32,000 nt of DNA from Micrococcus luteus NCTC 2665 (GCF_000023205.1 NC_012803.1:1860001-1892000); one strand, 5' to 3'; numbered from the stretch's first letter, positions 17,594 through 25,556 are shown. A program made the numbers and translations. Notes: a model not told the origin generated them from the letters alone.

Positions 17594-18287
17594 CGTATCC
17601 GCGGCGCGCGGCCCAGCGGGTCAGCTCGTGGCGGTTGGAGAGCTGGAGCTTGCGCAGCACGGAGGACACGTGGGTCTCGACCGTGCGGTCCGAGATGAAC
17701 AGCTCCACCCCGGCCTCCCGGTAGGTGTAGCCGCGGGCGATCAGCCGCATGACCTCCCGCTCCCGTGCCGAGAGGCGGTCGAGGTCCTCGTCGGGGGCCG
17801 CAGCGCCGCTCGTCGCCGCGGCGGGGACGGGCGGGGACGCGGGCGCCGTGCCGCGGAAGGCGTCGAGGACGAACCCGGCCAGTCGGGGCGAGAACACGGC
17901 ATCGCCGTCGGCCACGCGGACCGCCGCGTCCGCCACCTCCGCGCCGGAGGCCGTCTTGGTGATGTAGCCGCGGGCCCCCGCACGGATCACGGCGACGACG
18001 TCCTCGGCCGCGTCCGAGACGGACAGTGCCAGGAACCGCTGCGCGGGTCGGCGCGCGAGGACGCGTTCGGCCACCTCCGCTCCCCCGCCGCCGGCCCCGC
18101 CGGGCAGGTGCACGTCCAGCAGTACCACATCCGGCGCCAGGTCCAGCACGGCGCGGACGGCCTCGTCCACGTCCCCGGCCTCGCCGACGATGGCGAGTCG
18201 GTCCGGGTCCAGGTCGGCGCGCAGGCCGGAGCGGAAGATCGCGTGGTTGTCCACGACGACGGCCGTCCGCGGGGCGGGGTCGGTCAT
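17589..18287 (-). CDS. Two-component response regulator, NarL/LuxR family
   Basis: Receiver domain: VVVDNHAIFRSG...DVVLLDVHLPG...ALSVSD...GYITK. An Ala/Pro linker follows. The C-terminal LuxR HTH reads LSAREREVMRLIARGYTYREAGVELFISDRTVETHVSSVLRKL. The ATG overlaps the kinase stop (ATGA at 18284-18287). Confidence 0.93.
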   Translation of the reverse strand: MTDPAPRTAVVVDNHAIFRSGLRADLDPDRLAIVGEAGDVDEAVRAVLDLAPDVVLLDVHLPGGAGGGGAEVAERVLARRPAQRFLALSVSDAAEDVVAVIRAGARGYITKTASGAEVADAAVRVADGDAVFSPRLAGFVLDAFRGTAPASPPVPAAATSGAAAPDEDLDRLSAREREVMRLIARGYTYREAGVELFISDRTVETHVSSVLRKLQLSNRHELTRWAARRGYA

Positions 18288-19543
18288 GGGTGCTCCTGTC
18301 CGGTGCGCGCTCGCGCACCCTCGGGCTCGGTCAGCGTCAGGTGGACCTCGGTGCCGCCCGGGCCGGACCGGATGCGGGCGGTCCCGCCGGGACGCTCCAT
18401 GCGGCCGAGGATCGACTCCCGCACGCCGAGCCGGTCGGCCGGGACCGTGTGCAGGTCGAAGCCGGGGCCGCGGTCCCGGACGAACACCTCCGCGACGGCG
18501 CGGCCGTGGTCGTCCTCATCTGCCTCCGCGAAGACCTGCGCGTCACCCGCGTGCCGGGCCGCGTTCTGCATGGCCTCGCGTGCCGCGGCCGCGAGCGGCT
18601 CGAGCCACGCTCCCGCGGCCCGCCCCACGGCCACGACCTCCACCCGGGACCCGTGTGCGTCCTCGACGGCGGCGGCGTGCTCTTCGAGCGCCTCCGCCAG
18701 GGAGTGCGGGCCGCCACGGGAGTCCAGGGCGAGGAACTGACGCAGCTCACGCTCCTGGGCGCGGGCCACCCGGGCCACCGCGTCCGCGTCATGGGCGCGG
18801 CGCTGGATGAGGGCGAGGGACTGCAGCACCGAGTCGTGCAGGTGCGCCGCGATCTCGGCGCGCTGGGCCTGCACCGCGAACGCGGTCCGCTCCGCGTCGC
18901 GTCGGCGCAGCCAGGCCAGGACGTAGGGCATGGCCACCAGCGCCGCGCCGGCGAGCATCGCGACGGCGGCCAGCAGGGCCCGCCACAGCTCGCCCGAGCT
19001 CACGGCACCCAGGACGATGGCCAGCACCGCCAGCAGCACGAGGGCCGTGCCGAGCACGAGGCGGACCAGTCGTCCGCTCCGCCCGGCCCGGGGCCCACCC
19101 GCCAGGTCGAGCTGCATCCAGGCCAGGCCGAGGCCGATCACGAGGACGGCCACCGGGCCCACGAGCGCCCAGTCGACGGCGAGGCCGAGGCCGTCCGCGA
19201 CGGTCAGCACGCCCACGCCGAGCACCACGGCGGCCAGCAGGACCGGCCAGCCGCCCTCGCGCACCCGCTCGAGCACCTCGGGGGCGCGACCACGGAGGGT
19301 GGGGGCGTCGGCGGCGGGAGCGCCGTCCGGGCCCTCCTCCGGCATGAGCAGCCAGAGCCACACGTACAGGGCCAGGCCCGCGCCGCCCACCAGGCTCAGC
19401 AGCGCCAGGGCCGCGCGGACGCGGCCGGCGGGCACCCCGAGATGCCGGGCGAGCCCCGCGGCGACGCCGGACACCGGACGGTCGGCCCCGTGCCGCATCA
19501 ACGGCGGACGCGGGGCCTGCGCGGGCGCGGACGGAGTGGGCAT
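18284..19543 (-). CDS. PspC-domain-containing sensor histidine kinase (LiaS-like, HisKA_3 type)
   Basis: The N-terminal PspC-like segment is RPVSGVAAGLARHLGVPAGRVRAALALLSLVGGAGLALYVWLWLLMP. Several TM helices follow, then the H-box AAHLHDSVLQSLALIQ and an ATPase region (EAMQNAARHAGD...DRGPGF...GGT). The start was trimmed to ATG 19543, which has an AGGATGGGGG SD. The track start at 19681 would overlap the divergent gene. Confidence 0.88.
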   Translation of the reverse strand: MPTPSAPAQAPRPPLMRHGADRPVSGVAAGLARHLGVPAGRVRAALALLSLVGGAGLALYVWLWLLMPEEGPDGAPAADAPTLRGRAPEVLERVREGGWPVLLAAVVLGVGVLTVADGLGLAVDWALVGPVAVLVIGLGLAWMQLDLAGGPRAGRSGRLVRLVLGTALVLLAVLAIVLGAVSSGELWRALLAAVAMLAGAALVAMPYVLAWLRRRDAERTAFAVQAQRAEIAAHLHDSVLQSLALIQRRAHDADAVARVARAQERELRQFLALDSRGGPHSLAEALEEHAAAVEDAHGSRVEVVAVGRAAGAWLEPLAAAAREAMQNAARHAGDAQVFAEADEDDHGRAVAEVFVRDRGPGFDLHTVPADRLGVRESILGRMERPGGTARIRSGPGGTEVHLTLTEPEGARARTGQEHP

Positions 19544-19575
19544 GCCCCCATCCTGCCGCGTCGGACGGGGCGGCA

Positions 19576-19607
19576 CATCCGGGGAGGATTCCGGGAGTTC
19601 CCGGATG
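19576..19607. promoter_or_regulatory. Inverted repeat / TCCGGG triplet in the divergent kinase-PspC promoter region (candidate operator)
   Basis: CATCCGGG (19576-19583) is the exact reverse complement of CCCGGATG (19600-19607). A third TCCGGG lies between them (gaggatTCCGGGag). Confidence 0.35.
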
Positions 19608-19639
19608 GGCGGGGGCCGCGGGCGGACGAGGATGGAGAC

Positions 19640-20704
19640 ATGACGAGCACACACGACCCGTTCACCGGCCCCGACCCCCACGTCGCCCCCGACGGAGCCG
19701 CCGCGGGCGAGACCGGCCCCGACGGGCTGGACGCCCTGCCGGGCTGGCTGCGCCGCGCCGTCCTGGGCTGGGGCGTGCGCCGCTCACCGGCCTCGTGGGT
19801 CGGCGGGGTGCTCGGCGGGGTGGCCGAGCGCTACCGCATCGACCCGCTGCTCGCCCGCGGCGTGTTCGTCGCCGTGTGCATGGTCTCCGCGGGCCTGGGC
19901 CTGCTGGCCTACGCGGCCGCCTGGGCCGTGCTCCCCGACGCCGACGGACGCGTGCAGTTCGGCCGCCTGCGCCGCGGGGAGTGGCAGGACGCCACCGTGG
20001 CCATCGGCGTGATCGGGGCGATCGGCGCCCTCAACATGCTGCTCGGCGCCGGGTTCACCCTCATCGCCCCGGCCGTGGGCGGCCCCGGCTCCCTCGTGGG
20101 CCTGGGCGCGCTGGCCGTGCTCGTCTGGTGGCTGGTGACCCGCTGGGACGGCCGGGCGCAGGCCCGCGTGGCCCCAGGCCGGGCCCCCGATGCCGACCAT
20201 CCCGCCCACGCCGTGCCGCGCCCGGCCTGGTACGTCGGCGGACGTCTGCGCGAGCGGGCGGCCGAGGTCACCGACCCGCACGGCTTCCGTCCCGAGTGGA
20301 TCGACCCCGCGACCGGCACCTGGCGCGACCACGTCCATTCCCGCGAGCGGCGGGCCGCGGCGCGTCTGGCCGGCGAAGCCCCGCGGGCGGCCACCGCCCC
20401 GACCGGCTCGGGGTCCGCAGCCACGGCCGAGAAGCCGCGCCTCGGGCCGATCGCGCAGGCCGCCGCCTACGCCGGGGCCGTCCTCGCCGCGCTCGCCGCC
20501 CTGGGGATCAGCCTGCTGCTCGGCGTCGGTCCGACCCCCACGCTGCTGGCGGTGCCGATGCTCGTGGCCGCGCTCGCGGTGATCGCCCCCGTCATGCTGG
20601 GCGCTCTGCTCAGCGGCCGTCGTCCCGGCACCCTCGGCCCGGCGAGCGGCATCCTCGTGGGTGCGACGGCCCTCCAGGTCGCCGTCCTCGTGGCCCTGCG
20701 CTGA
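19640..20704 (+). CDS. PspC-domain polytopic membrane protein
   Basis: MTSTHDPF...WVGGVLGGVAERYRIDPLLARGVFVAVCMVSAGLGLLAYAAAWAVLPD is PspC-like. Further hydrophobic helices occur mid-protein and at the C-terminus. ATG 19640 has a GAGGATGGAG SD. The GC3 pattern supports this frame. Confidence 0.85.
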   Translation: MTSTHDPFTGPDPHVAPDGAAAGETGPDGLDALPGWLRRAVLGWGVRRSPASWVGGVLGGVAERYRIDPLLARGVFVAVCMVSAGLGLLAYAAAWAVLPDADGRVQFGRLRRGEWQDATVAIGVIGAIGALNMLLGAGFTLIAPAVGGPGSLVGLGALAVLVWWLVTRWDGRAQARVAPGRAPDADHPAHAVPRPAWYVGGRLRERAAEVTDPHGFRPEWIDPATGTWRDHVHSRERRAAARLAGEAPRAATAPTGSGSAATAEKPRLGPIAQAAAYAGAVLAALAALGISLLLGVGPTPTLLAVPMLVAALAVIAPVMLGALLSGRRPGTLGPASGILVGATALQVAVLVALR

Positions 20705-20726
20705 CCCGCCGCCCGTCGCCCGTCCC

Positions 20727-20756
20727 CTGACGCGACACGGCGGGCGCGCCTAGGGT
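20727..20756 (+). promoter_or_regulatory. Candidate pfkA promoter (CTGACG - 18 nt - TAGGGT)
   Basis: The hexamers lie at 20727-20732 and 20751-20756, leaving a leader of about 35 nt with a GAGAGGA SD. Confidence 0.3.
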
Positions 20757-20793
20757 GGTGCCGACCCCCACGAGAACGCCCGAGAGGACCCCC

Positions 20794-21825
20794 ATGCGCG
20801 TCGGAATGCTCACCTCCGGAGGCGACTGCCCCGGCCTCAACGCCGTCATCCGCTCCGCCGTCCTGCACGGCATTAAGTCGTACGACATGGAGATGGTGGG
20901 CATCCGCAACGGGTGGTCCGGCCTGATCGAGAAGGACGTCGAGGACCTGCCCCGCTCCCGCGTGCGCGGCCTGGCCCGCACCGGCGGCACCATCCTCGGC
21001 ACCTCGCGCACGCACCCCTACGACGCCGAGGGCGGCGGCCCGGAGAACATGCTCCGCAACCTGCGCGAGCTGGACATCGACGCCGTCATCGCCATCGGCG
21101 GCGAGGGCACCCTGGCCGGCGCGAACCGCCTGGCCGCGGACGGGCTGCCGATCGTGGGCGTGCCCAAGACGATCGACAACGACCTGCAGGGCACCGACTA
21201 CACGTTCGGCTTCGACACGGCCGTGCAGATCGCCACGGACGCCATGGACCGACTGCGCACCACGGGCGAGTCCCACCACCGCTGTATGGTCGCCGAGGTC
21301 ATGGGCCGCCACGTCGGCTGGATCGCCCTGCACTCGGGCATGGCCGCCGGCGCCCACGCGATCCTCATCCCCGAGGTCCGCACCCCGATGTCCCAGGTCG
21401 CCGAGTGGGTGCAGCAGGTCCACGACCGCGGCCGCTCCCCGCTGGTCGTGGTGGCGGAGGGCTTCATCCCCGAGGGCCACGACGACCCGCTGGCCGAGGC
21501 CGGGGTCGAGGCGTCCGGCCGGCCGCGTCTGGGCGGCATCGGCGAGTGGGTGACCCGCGAGATCGAGGAGATGACGGGCATCGAGACGCGCAGCACCATC
21601 CTGGGCCACATCCAGCGCGGCGGCGCCCCCACCGCCACGGACCGCGTGCTCTCCACGCGCTTCGGCATGGGCGCCGTCGATCTCGTCGCGCAGCGCCGCT
21701 GGGGACAGATGGTGGCGGCCAACGGCACGGAGATCATCTCCATCCCCATGAGCGCCGCCCTCAAGGGCCTCAAGAAGGTGCCGGTCTCGCGCTACGACGA
21801 GGCGAAGATCCTGTTCGGCCGGTGA
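20794..21825 (+). CDS. pfkA: 6-phosphofructokinase (PfkA family; phosphoryl donor not decidable from sequence alone)
   Basis: MRVGMLTSGGDCPGLNAVIRS...IGGEGTLAGA...GVPKTIDNDL...MGRHVGWIA...LGHIQRGG. The start was trimmed to ATG 20794, which has a GAGAGGA SD 6 nt upstream. Confidence 0.93.
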   Translation: MRVGMLTSGGDCPGLNAVIRSAVLHGIKSYDMEMVGIRNGWSGLIEKDVEDLPRSRVRGLARTGGTILGTSRTHPYDAEGGGPENMLRNLRELDIDAVIAIGGEGTLAGANRLAADGLPIVGVPKTIDNDLQGTDYTFGFDTAVQIATDAMDRLRTTGESHHRCMVAEVMGRHVGWIALHSGMAAGAHAILIPEVRTPMSQVAEWVQQVHDRGRSPLVVVAEGFIPEGHDDPLAEAGVEASGRPRLGGIGEWVTREIEEMTGIETRSTILGHIQRGGAPTATDRVLSTRFGMGAVDLVAQRRWGQMVAANGTEIISIPMSAALKGLKKVPVSRYDEAKILFGR

Positions 21826-22574
21826 GACCCGACCACCCCGCCGTCGGCGTGCTGGCCCTCGGGCTGGCGCGTCGGCACGGCCTGCCCGACACCGCGCTGT
21901 TGCCCGACGACGCTCCGGCGGCGGGCGCCGAGCCGCGCCGCATCGAGGTGGCCCGGCAGGGCGTGGCCGAGGCGGAGGTGCTGGCCCTGCCCTGGGCCAC
22001 CGTCGTGGCGGGGCCGGCGTGGTTCACGCGTGCCTGCCGCGGCGTGCCCGCCGAGGCGCTGGGCGTGGAGTCGGCCCTGCTGCGGACCGCGGTGCGGGCC
22101 GCCGCCGGGGAGGCCGTGCGCTCGCGCGGCGAGTTCACGCTCTACGCAGCCGAGGAACCGCCGTCGGTCGACCCCTCGCGCACCGTCGCCGTGTCCGACG
22201 ACCCCGCCCACGTCCACGCCGTGCCCGCGCAGGCCCCCGCGGACGACGCGGCCGAGGCGGGTGTCCTCTCCTGGGAGTCCTCGGTCGCCCTCGTTCCCGA
22301 CGACGGCGCGGGACGGGCGATCGAGGCCGCGGTGGCGGCGGCGGGGCATCGCGTGACGGGCGGCGTGCTGGCCTCGCTGGGCACCCTCACCCCACCGCTG
22401 CTGCGCGGTCGCGGGCTCGGCCGCTACGCGGTGGCCGTGGCGATGGACCGGGCGGCACTGGAGGGGCTGCTGCCGTTCGCCGAGGTGCCGGCGGACCACA
22501 CGGCCGCGCACCACGTGGCGATCGCCGTCGGACTGGAGGCGGCGGGCACGCGGACCGTGCTCGCGCTGGACTGA
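21822..22574 (+). CDS. Hypothetical protein with a GNAT-like C-terminal motif
   Basis: GTG 21822 overlaps the pfkA TGA (GTGA). Third-codon positions are almost all G/C in this frame. The C-terminal LLRGRGLGRYAVAVAMDRAALEG...HHVAIAVGLEAAG resembles GNAT motif A (R-x-x-G-x-G) plus the following helix. I did not recognise the N-terminal half. Confidence 0.6.
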   Translation: MRPDHPAVGVLALGLARRHGLPDTALLPDDAPAAGAEPRRIEVARQGVAEAEVLALPWATVVAGPAWFTRACRGVPAEALGVESALLRTAVRAAAGEAVRSRGEFTLYAAEEPPSVDPSRTVAVSDDPAHVHAVPAQAPADDAAEAGVLSWESSVALVPDDGAGRAIEAAVAAAGHRVTGGVLASLGTLTPPLLRGRGLGRYAVAVAMDRAALEGLLPFAEVPADHTAAHHVAIAVGLEAAGTRTVLALD

Positions 22575-22587
22575 GCGGGCGGGTCGG

Positions 22588-23784
22588 TCAGCGCAGGCGG
22601 CCCACGCCACGCGGTCGGCCGACGACCTGCCCGGCGTCCGGAGACACGAGCGGCTCCTGGCTCGCGGCGATCCAGCCGCCCTCGGCGACACCGTCCTCGC
22701 CGGGAGCGACCTCGCGGACCAGCAGCTCGGCGTCCACGGGCACGGTGCGCTTGAGCAGCGCCAGGGCGACGGCGCCCGCCTCATGGTGCTGGGCCGCGGC
22801 GGTGACCGTCCCCACCGGACGGGCGGCGGCGCGGGCCTCGGGCGTGTCCTCGGCCGGCCGGAGGATCACGGGGGCACCGTGCTCGGGGAGCCCGTGGACG
22901 GAGCCGTCCAGGAGCAGGCGGGTGAGGCGGCGGGGCGGGCGGCCCAGGTTGTGCACGCGCGCCACGGTCTCCTGACCGCGGTAGCAGCCCTTGTCGAGGT
23001 GCACGGCGGTGCGCAGCAGGTCCAGCTCGTGCGGGATCGCGCGATCGTCCACGTCGAGGGCCCGGCGGGGGCGGCCGGCCTCGATGCGCAGCGCCTCGGC
23101 CGCCGTCGTGCCCGCCAGGGACCAGCCCGCGAGCGCACCCGTGCCGAGTGCGCGGACGGTGGCCTCGAGGTCGGCCCGGGTGACGAGGTACTCGCGCCAG
23201 GCCCAGTCCGCCCCCGGGTGGGCCTCGGGATCCGGATCGGCCGTGTAGGCCCATCCGCCCGCCCCGACGCGGGGCCACGGGTCCAGCCACACGGTGCGGT
23301 CCTCCCATCCGGGCACGGGCGCGGTGGCGCCCACGACGGCGACCGCCCCGGTGTGGTCCCGCAGCGTGACGTCGTGGGAGAAGCGCATCGAGGTGAGCCA
23401 CGCGGCCAGGCCCGGGCCGTCCTCGCGGTCGGTGACGAGCCAGGCCGCGGCGCCGTCCTCGAGGAGGTGGGCGGCGTGCTCGATCCGCCCCTGCACGTCG
23501 AGGAAGAGGATCTCGGTGCTCGTGCCGGGGGGCAGCGCCTCGACGTGCTGCGTGCCGAGGGTGTGCAGCCAGCTCAGCCGGTCCGGGCCGGACACGGAGA
23601 GCACGGCGCGGTGGGAGAGGTCGACCAGGGCGCGGCCCCGGGCGAGGGCGCGCTGCTCGGGCAGGGGGCGACCGTAGTGCGCGGCGACGCCGCCGTCCGG
23701 GCCGCGGCCCTCGACGGCGCCGCCGGCCGGCCCCTGCGGCTCGGCCACGGCCAGGTCCAGCAGCGGGCTGCGGGAGGCCGTCAC
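22588..23784 (-). CDS. ygfZ: Folate-binding protein YgfZ (aminomethyltransferase-fold, Fe-S cluster maintenance family)
   Basis: Contains the family signature HLDKGCYRGQETVARVHNLGRPPRRL (KGCYxGQE). GTG 23784 overlaps the upstream stop codon (GTGA). The protein is 398 aa. The rest of the track ORF up to 24285 is read-through of the neighbouring gene. Confidence 0.88.
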   Translation of the reverse strand: MTASRSPLLDLAVAEPQGPAGGAVEGRGPDGGVAAHYGRPLPEQRALARGRALVDLSHRAVLSVSGPDRLSWLHTLGTQHVEALPPGTSTEILFLDVQGRIEHAAHLLEDGAAAWLVTDREDGPGLAAWLTSMRFSHDVTLRDHTGAVAVVGATAPVPGWEDRTVWLDPWPRVGAGGWAYTADPDPEAHPGADWAWREYLVTRADLEATVRALGTGALAGWSLAGTTAAEALRIEAGRPRRALDVDDRAIPHELDLLRTAVHLDKGCYRGQETVARVHNLGRPPRRLTRLLLDGSVHGLPEHGAPVILRPAEDTPEARAAARPVGTVTAAAQHHEAGAVALALLKRTVPVDAELLVREVAPGEDGVAEGGWIAASQEPLVSPDAGQVVGRPRGVGRLR

Positions 23785-24461
23785 GACTGCTCCCCCTGCT
23801 TCCGCCCACCGGCGCCGCGAGGACGCTCGGCCCCCGGGGCGAGCCGACCCTCGGCCGCGCTCGGCATGCGGTCGAGGATGGCGGAGGCGTGCGCCTCGAG
23901 CTCGGCACCCGCGGCGTCCGCGACGTCCCAGCGCCAGAACAGCTGCCCGTTCACGAGACCGGCCATGCGTGTGGCCCGGTGGTACGGGCCGGCGGCGGAC
24001 CCGCGCAGGATCGCCTCCGTGGCCAGCTGCAGCTGCGGGCCCTTGATGCGGCCGTAGTACAGCTCGGACAGCGAGCCCGGATGCGCGATGGTGGCGGTCA
24101 GGCCGAAACCCTCGTCGCCGGCGCGCAGCCGCTCGACGTCCTCGGCGGAGCGGAACGCGGGGACGATGTCCGCCGGGCGCATGCCGGGGCCGACGTCGCC
24201 GTCGCGCCGCTCCCGGTCCACCTGCCAGAAGCCGGACTCCACGGTCAGCGGGCGCAGCAGCGTGCCGTCCGCCTCGCACAGCCACGATTCCGCGCGGTAC
24301 TCCACGAACGGCAGACCGAGCTCGGTGAAGTCCACCCGCTGGTAGAAGATCTCGGTGTCGGCGGAGCCGTCGCCGAGGCGGCCCTGGCCCTCCCAGCTGC
24401 CGATGAGCCAGGACAGGGGGGCGAGCTCGGGGGTGAGGTCGTACGGGAGTTCAGTCGCCAT
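23781..24461 (-). CDS. Nitrobindin/FABP-family (DUF1794, THAP4-like) heme-binding beta-barrel protein, with internal insertion and C-terminal tail
   Basis: LAPLSWLIGSWEGQGRLG...YQRVDF...ESGFWQV...LYYGRI...GLVNGQLFWRWD matches the family's beta-barrel signature as I remember it. At 226 aa it is longer than the ~165-aa core. Confidence 0.8.
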   Translation of the reverse strand: MATELPYDLTPELAPLSWLIGSWEGQGRLGDGSADTEIFYQRVDFTELGLPFVEYRAESWLCEADGTLLRPLTVESGFWQVDRERRDGDVGPGMRPADIVPAFRSAEDVERLRAGDEGFGLTATIAHPGSLSELYYGRIKGPQLQLATEAILRGSAAGPYHRATRMAGLVNGQLFWRWDVADAAGAELEAHASAILDRMPSAAEGRLAPGAERPRGAGGRKQGEQS

Positions 24462-24472
24462 GGCAGATCACG

Positions 24473-24496
24473 GCGCGGCCCGCCAGCGGGCCGCGC
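24473..24496 (-). terminator. GC hairpin between the small ORF and the nitrobindin gene
   Basis: GCGCGGCCC-GCUGGC-GGGCCGCGC forms a perfect 9-bp stem. It ends 11 nt before the nitrobindin ATG. No U-tract follows. Confidence 0.35.
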
Positions 24497-24500
24497 GTCC

Positions 24501-24617
24501 TCAGCGCTGGCCCTTGAAGAGGCCGCTGATGACGACCGCGGCGACGGCGGCCATGCCCAGGCCGGCCAGGACCACGAGGGCCAGGAAGAAGATCTCGAGC
24601 GCAAGAAGGGTATCCAT
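24501..24617 (-). CDS. Small hydrophobic single-TM peptide (38 aa, or 41 aa from ATG 24626); below the ORF-track size cut-off
   Basis: MDTLLALEIFFLALVVLAGLGMAAVAAVVISGLFKGQR. The GC3 pattern is coding-like. It lies about 25-30 nt downstream of the 293-aa membrane-protein gene. There is no clear SD. Confidence 0.4.
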   Translation of the reverse strand: MDTLLALEIFFLALVVLAGLGMAAVAAVVISGLFKGQR

Positions 24618-24648
24618 GCGGGACATCGTACCGAGCGGGCCGGACCTG

Positions 24649-25530
24649 TCAGGCCAGGAAGCCCACCATGACGTGCGCCACGACGCCGGCCGCTCCCACG
24701 GGCGCCAACGCGAGGGCGTAGCCCGCCCGGCGCGGGCGCAGGGTGGTGCCCACCGGCCGGTCCTCGGGCCGCGGCCGCGAGGACGGCGCCGTGGCGGCGG
24801 TCAGAGACACCAGCACGGCCACCGCGAGCGCCGCGGCCGTCACGGCCGGCCGGTCCCGGGCGCCCACGCCGGCCAGCGCGGAGACGGGCCACGCGAGCAC
24901 CGTGCCGAGGGGAATGACGACGAGCGCCAGGCCTCCCGGCCGGCCCTGCATATACGGGGTGAGGCCGACGAGGGAGACCACGGCCACCGTGACCGCCAGG
25001 GTGATGACCAGCCCGGCGACCGCGGGGGTGTCGCTCCAGCGTGAGACGGCCACCCAGCACGCCGTCACGACGGCCACGAACGCCCCGCCCATCGTGGCGA
25101 CGGTGGACTCGAGGCGCAGCGGCCGGCCGGTCCCGCGCACCAGCTGGACGACGAACGAGGCCATGGTGCTCCAGGCGACGACGACGGCGAGCGGCTCGAA
25201 GAGCGTCCAGGCCCCGCTGTGGCCGTCCTCGAGCGGCGGCCACAGCAGCATGAGCAGCACCGCGACGCCCCCGGCGACGGCCAGGGTGAGGCTGAGCGAG
25301 AGGCGCGCGGGCGCCCCCATCTGCCGCGGCCAGCCCCAGGCGATGACCAGGATCACGACGGCGGCGGCGAGGGCGGCGGGGACCGGGCCCAGCAACGCGG
25401 CACCGCCCAGGACGAGGGCGGCGACGGCCGCACTCAGGGCCATGGACAAGCGCATCACCTGCCCCATCCTGCCAGGTGCGCACCGGCTCGGCCCTGGGCG
25501 GGCGACGGCGGGGCGCACCTCGCGGGCCAC
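24649..25530 (-). CDS. Polytopic integral membrane protein, function unknown
   Basis: The frame is about 293 aa with roughly 8 hydrophobic helices (e.g. [44 protein letters not shown]). GTG 25530 is preceded by a GGAAGGAGGG SD. ATG 25455 is an in-frame alternative. Confidence 0.75.
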
Positions 25531-25543
25531 CGCCCTCCTTCCG

Positions 25544-25549
25544 TAGGGT
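25544..25549 (+). promoter_or_regulatory. TAGGGT -10 element 7 nt upstream of the mshD ATG (candidate leaderless transcript)
   Basis: TAGGGT-ggccagc-ATG. There is no SD between them. Confidence 0.3.
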
Positions 25550-25556
25550 GGCCAGC

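Noticed and set aside
20794-21825. Calling the phosphofructokinase PPi-dependent on the basis of GGDCPGLNA and the Lys in GVPKTIDND.
   Set aside because: The signature is mixed. The GEG in IGGEGT is Gly-type, as in ATP enzymes, while PKT is Lys-type, as in PPi enzymes. Closely related actinobacterial PFKs of both specificities exist, so sequence inspection alone cannot decide.
22575-22587. The 13-bp gap between the convergent stops of the GNAT-like ORF and ygfZ, with no room for a terminator.
   Set aside because: It is noted but not pursued as a separate finding. Overlapping 3' UTRs of convergent genes are common in compact high-GC genomes, and nothing else is unusual in the sequence.
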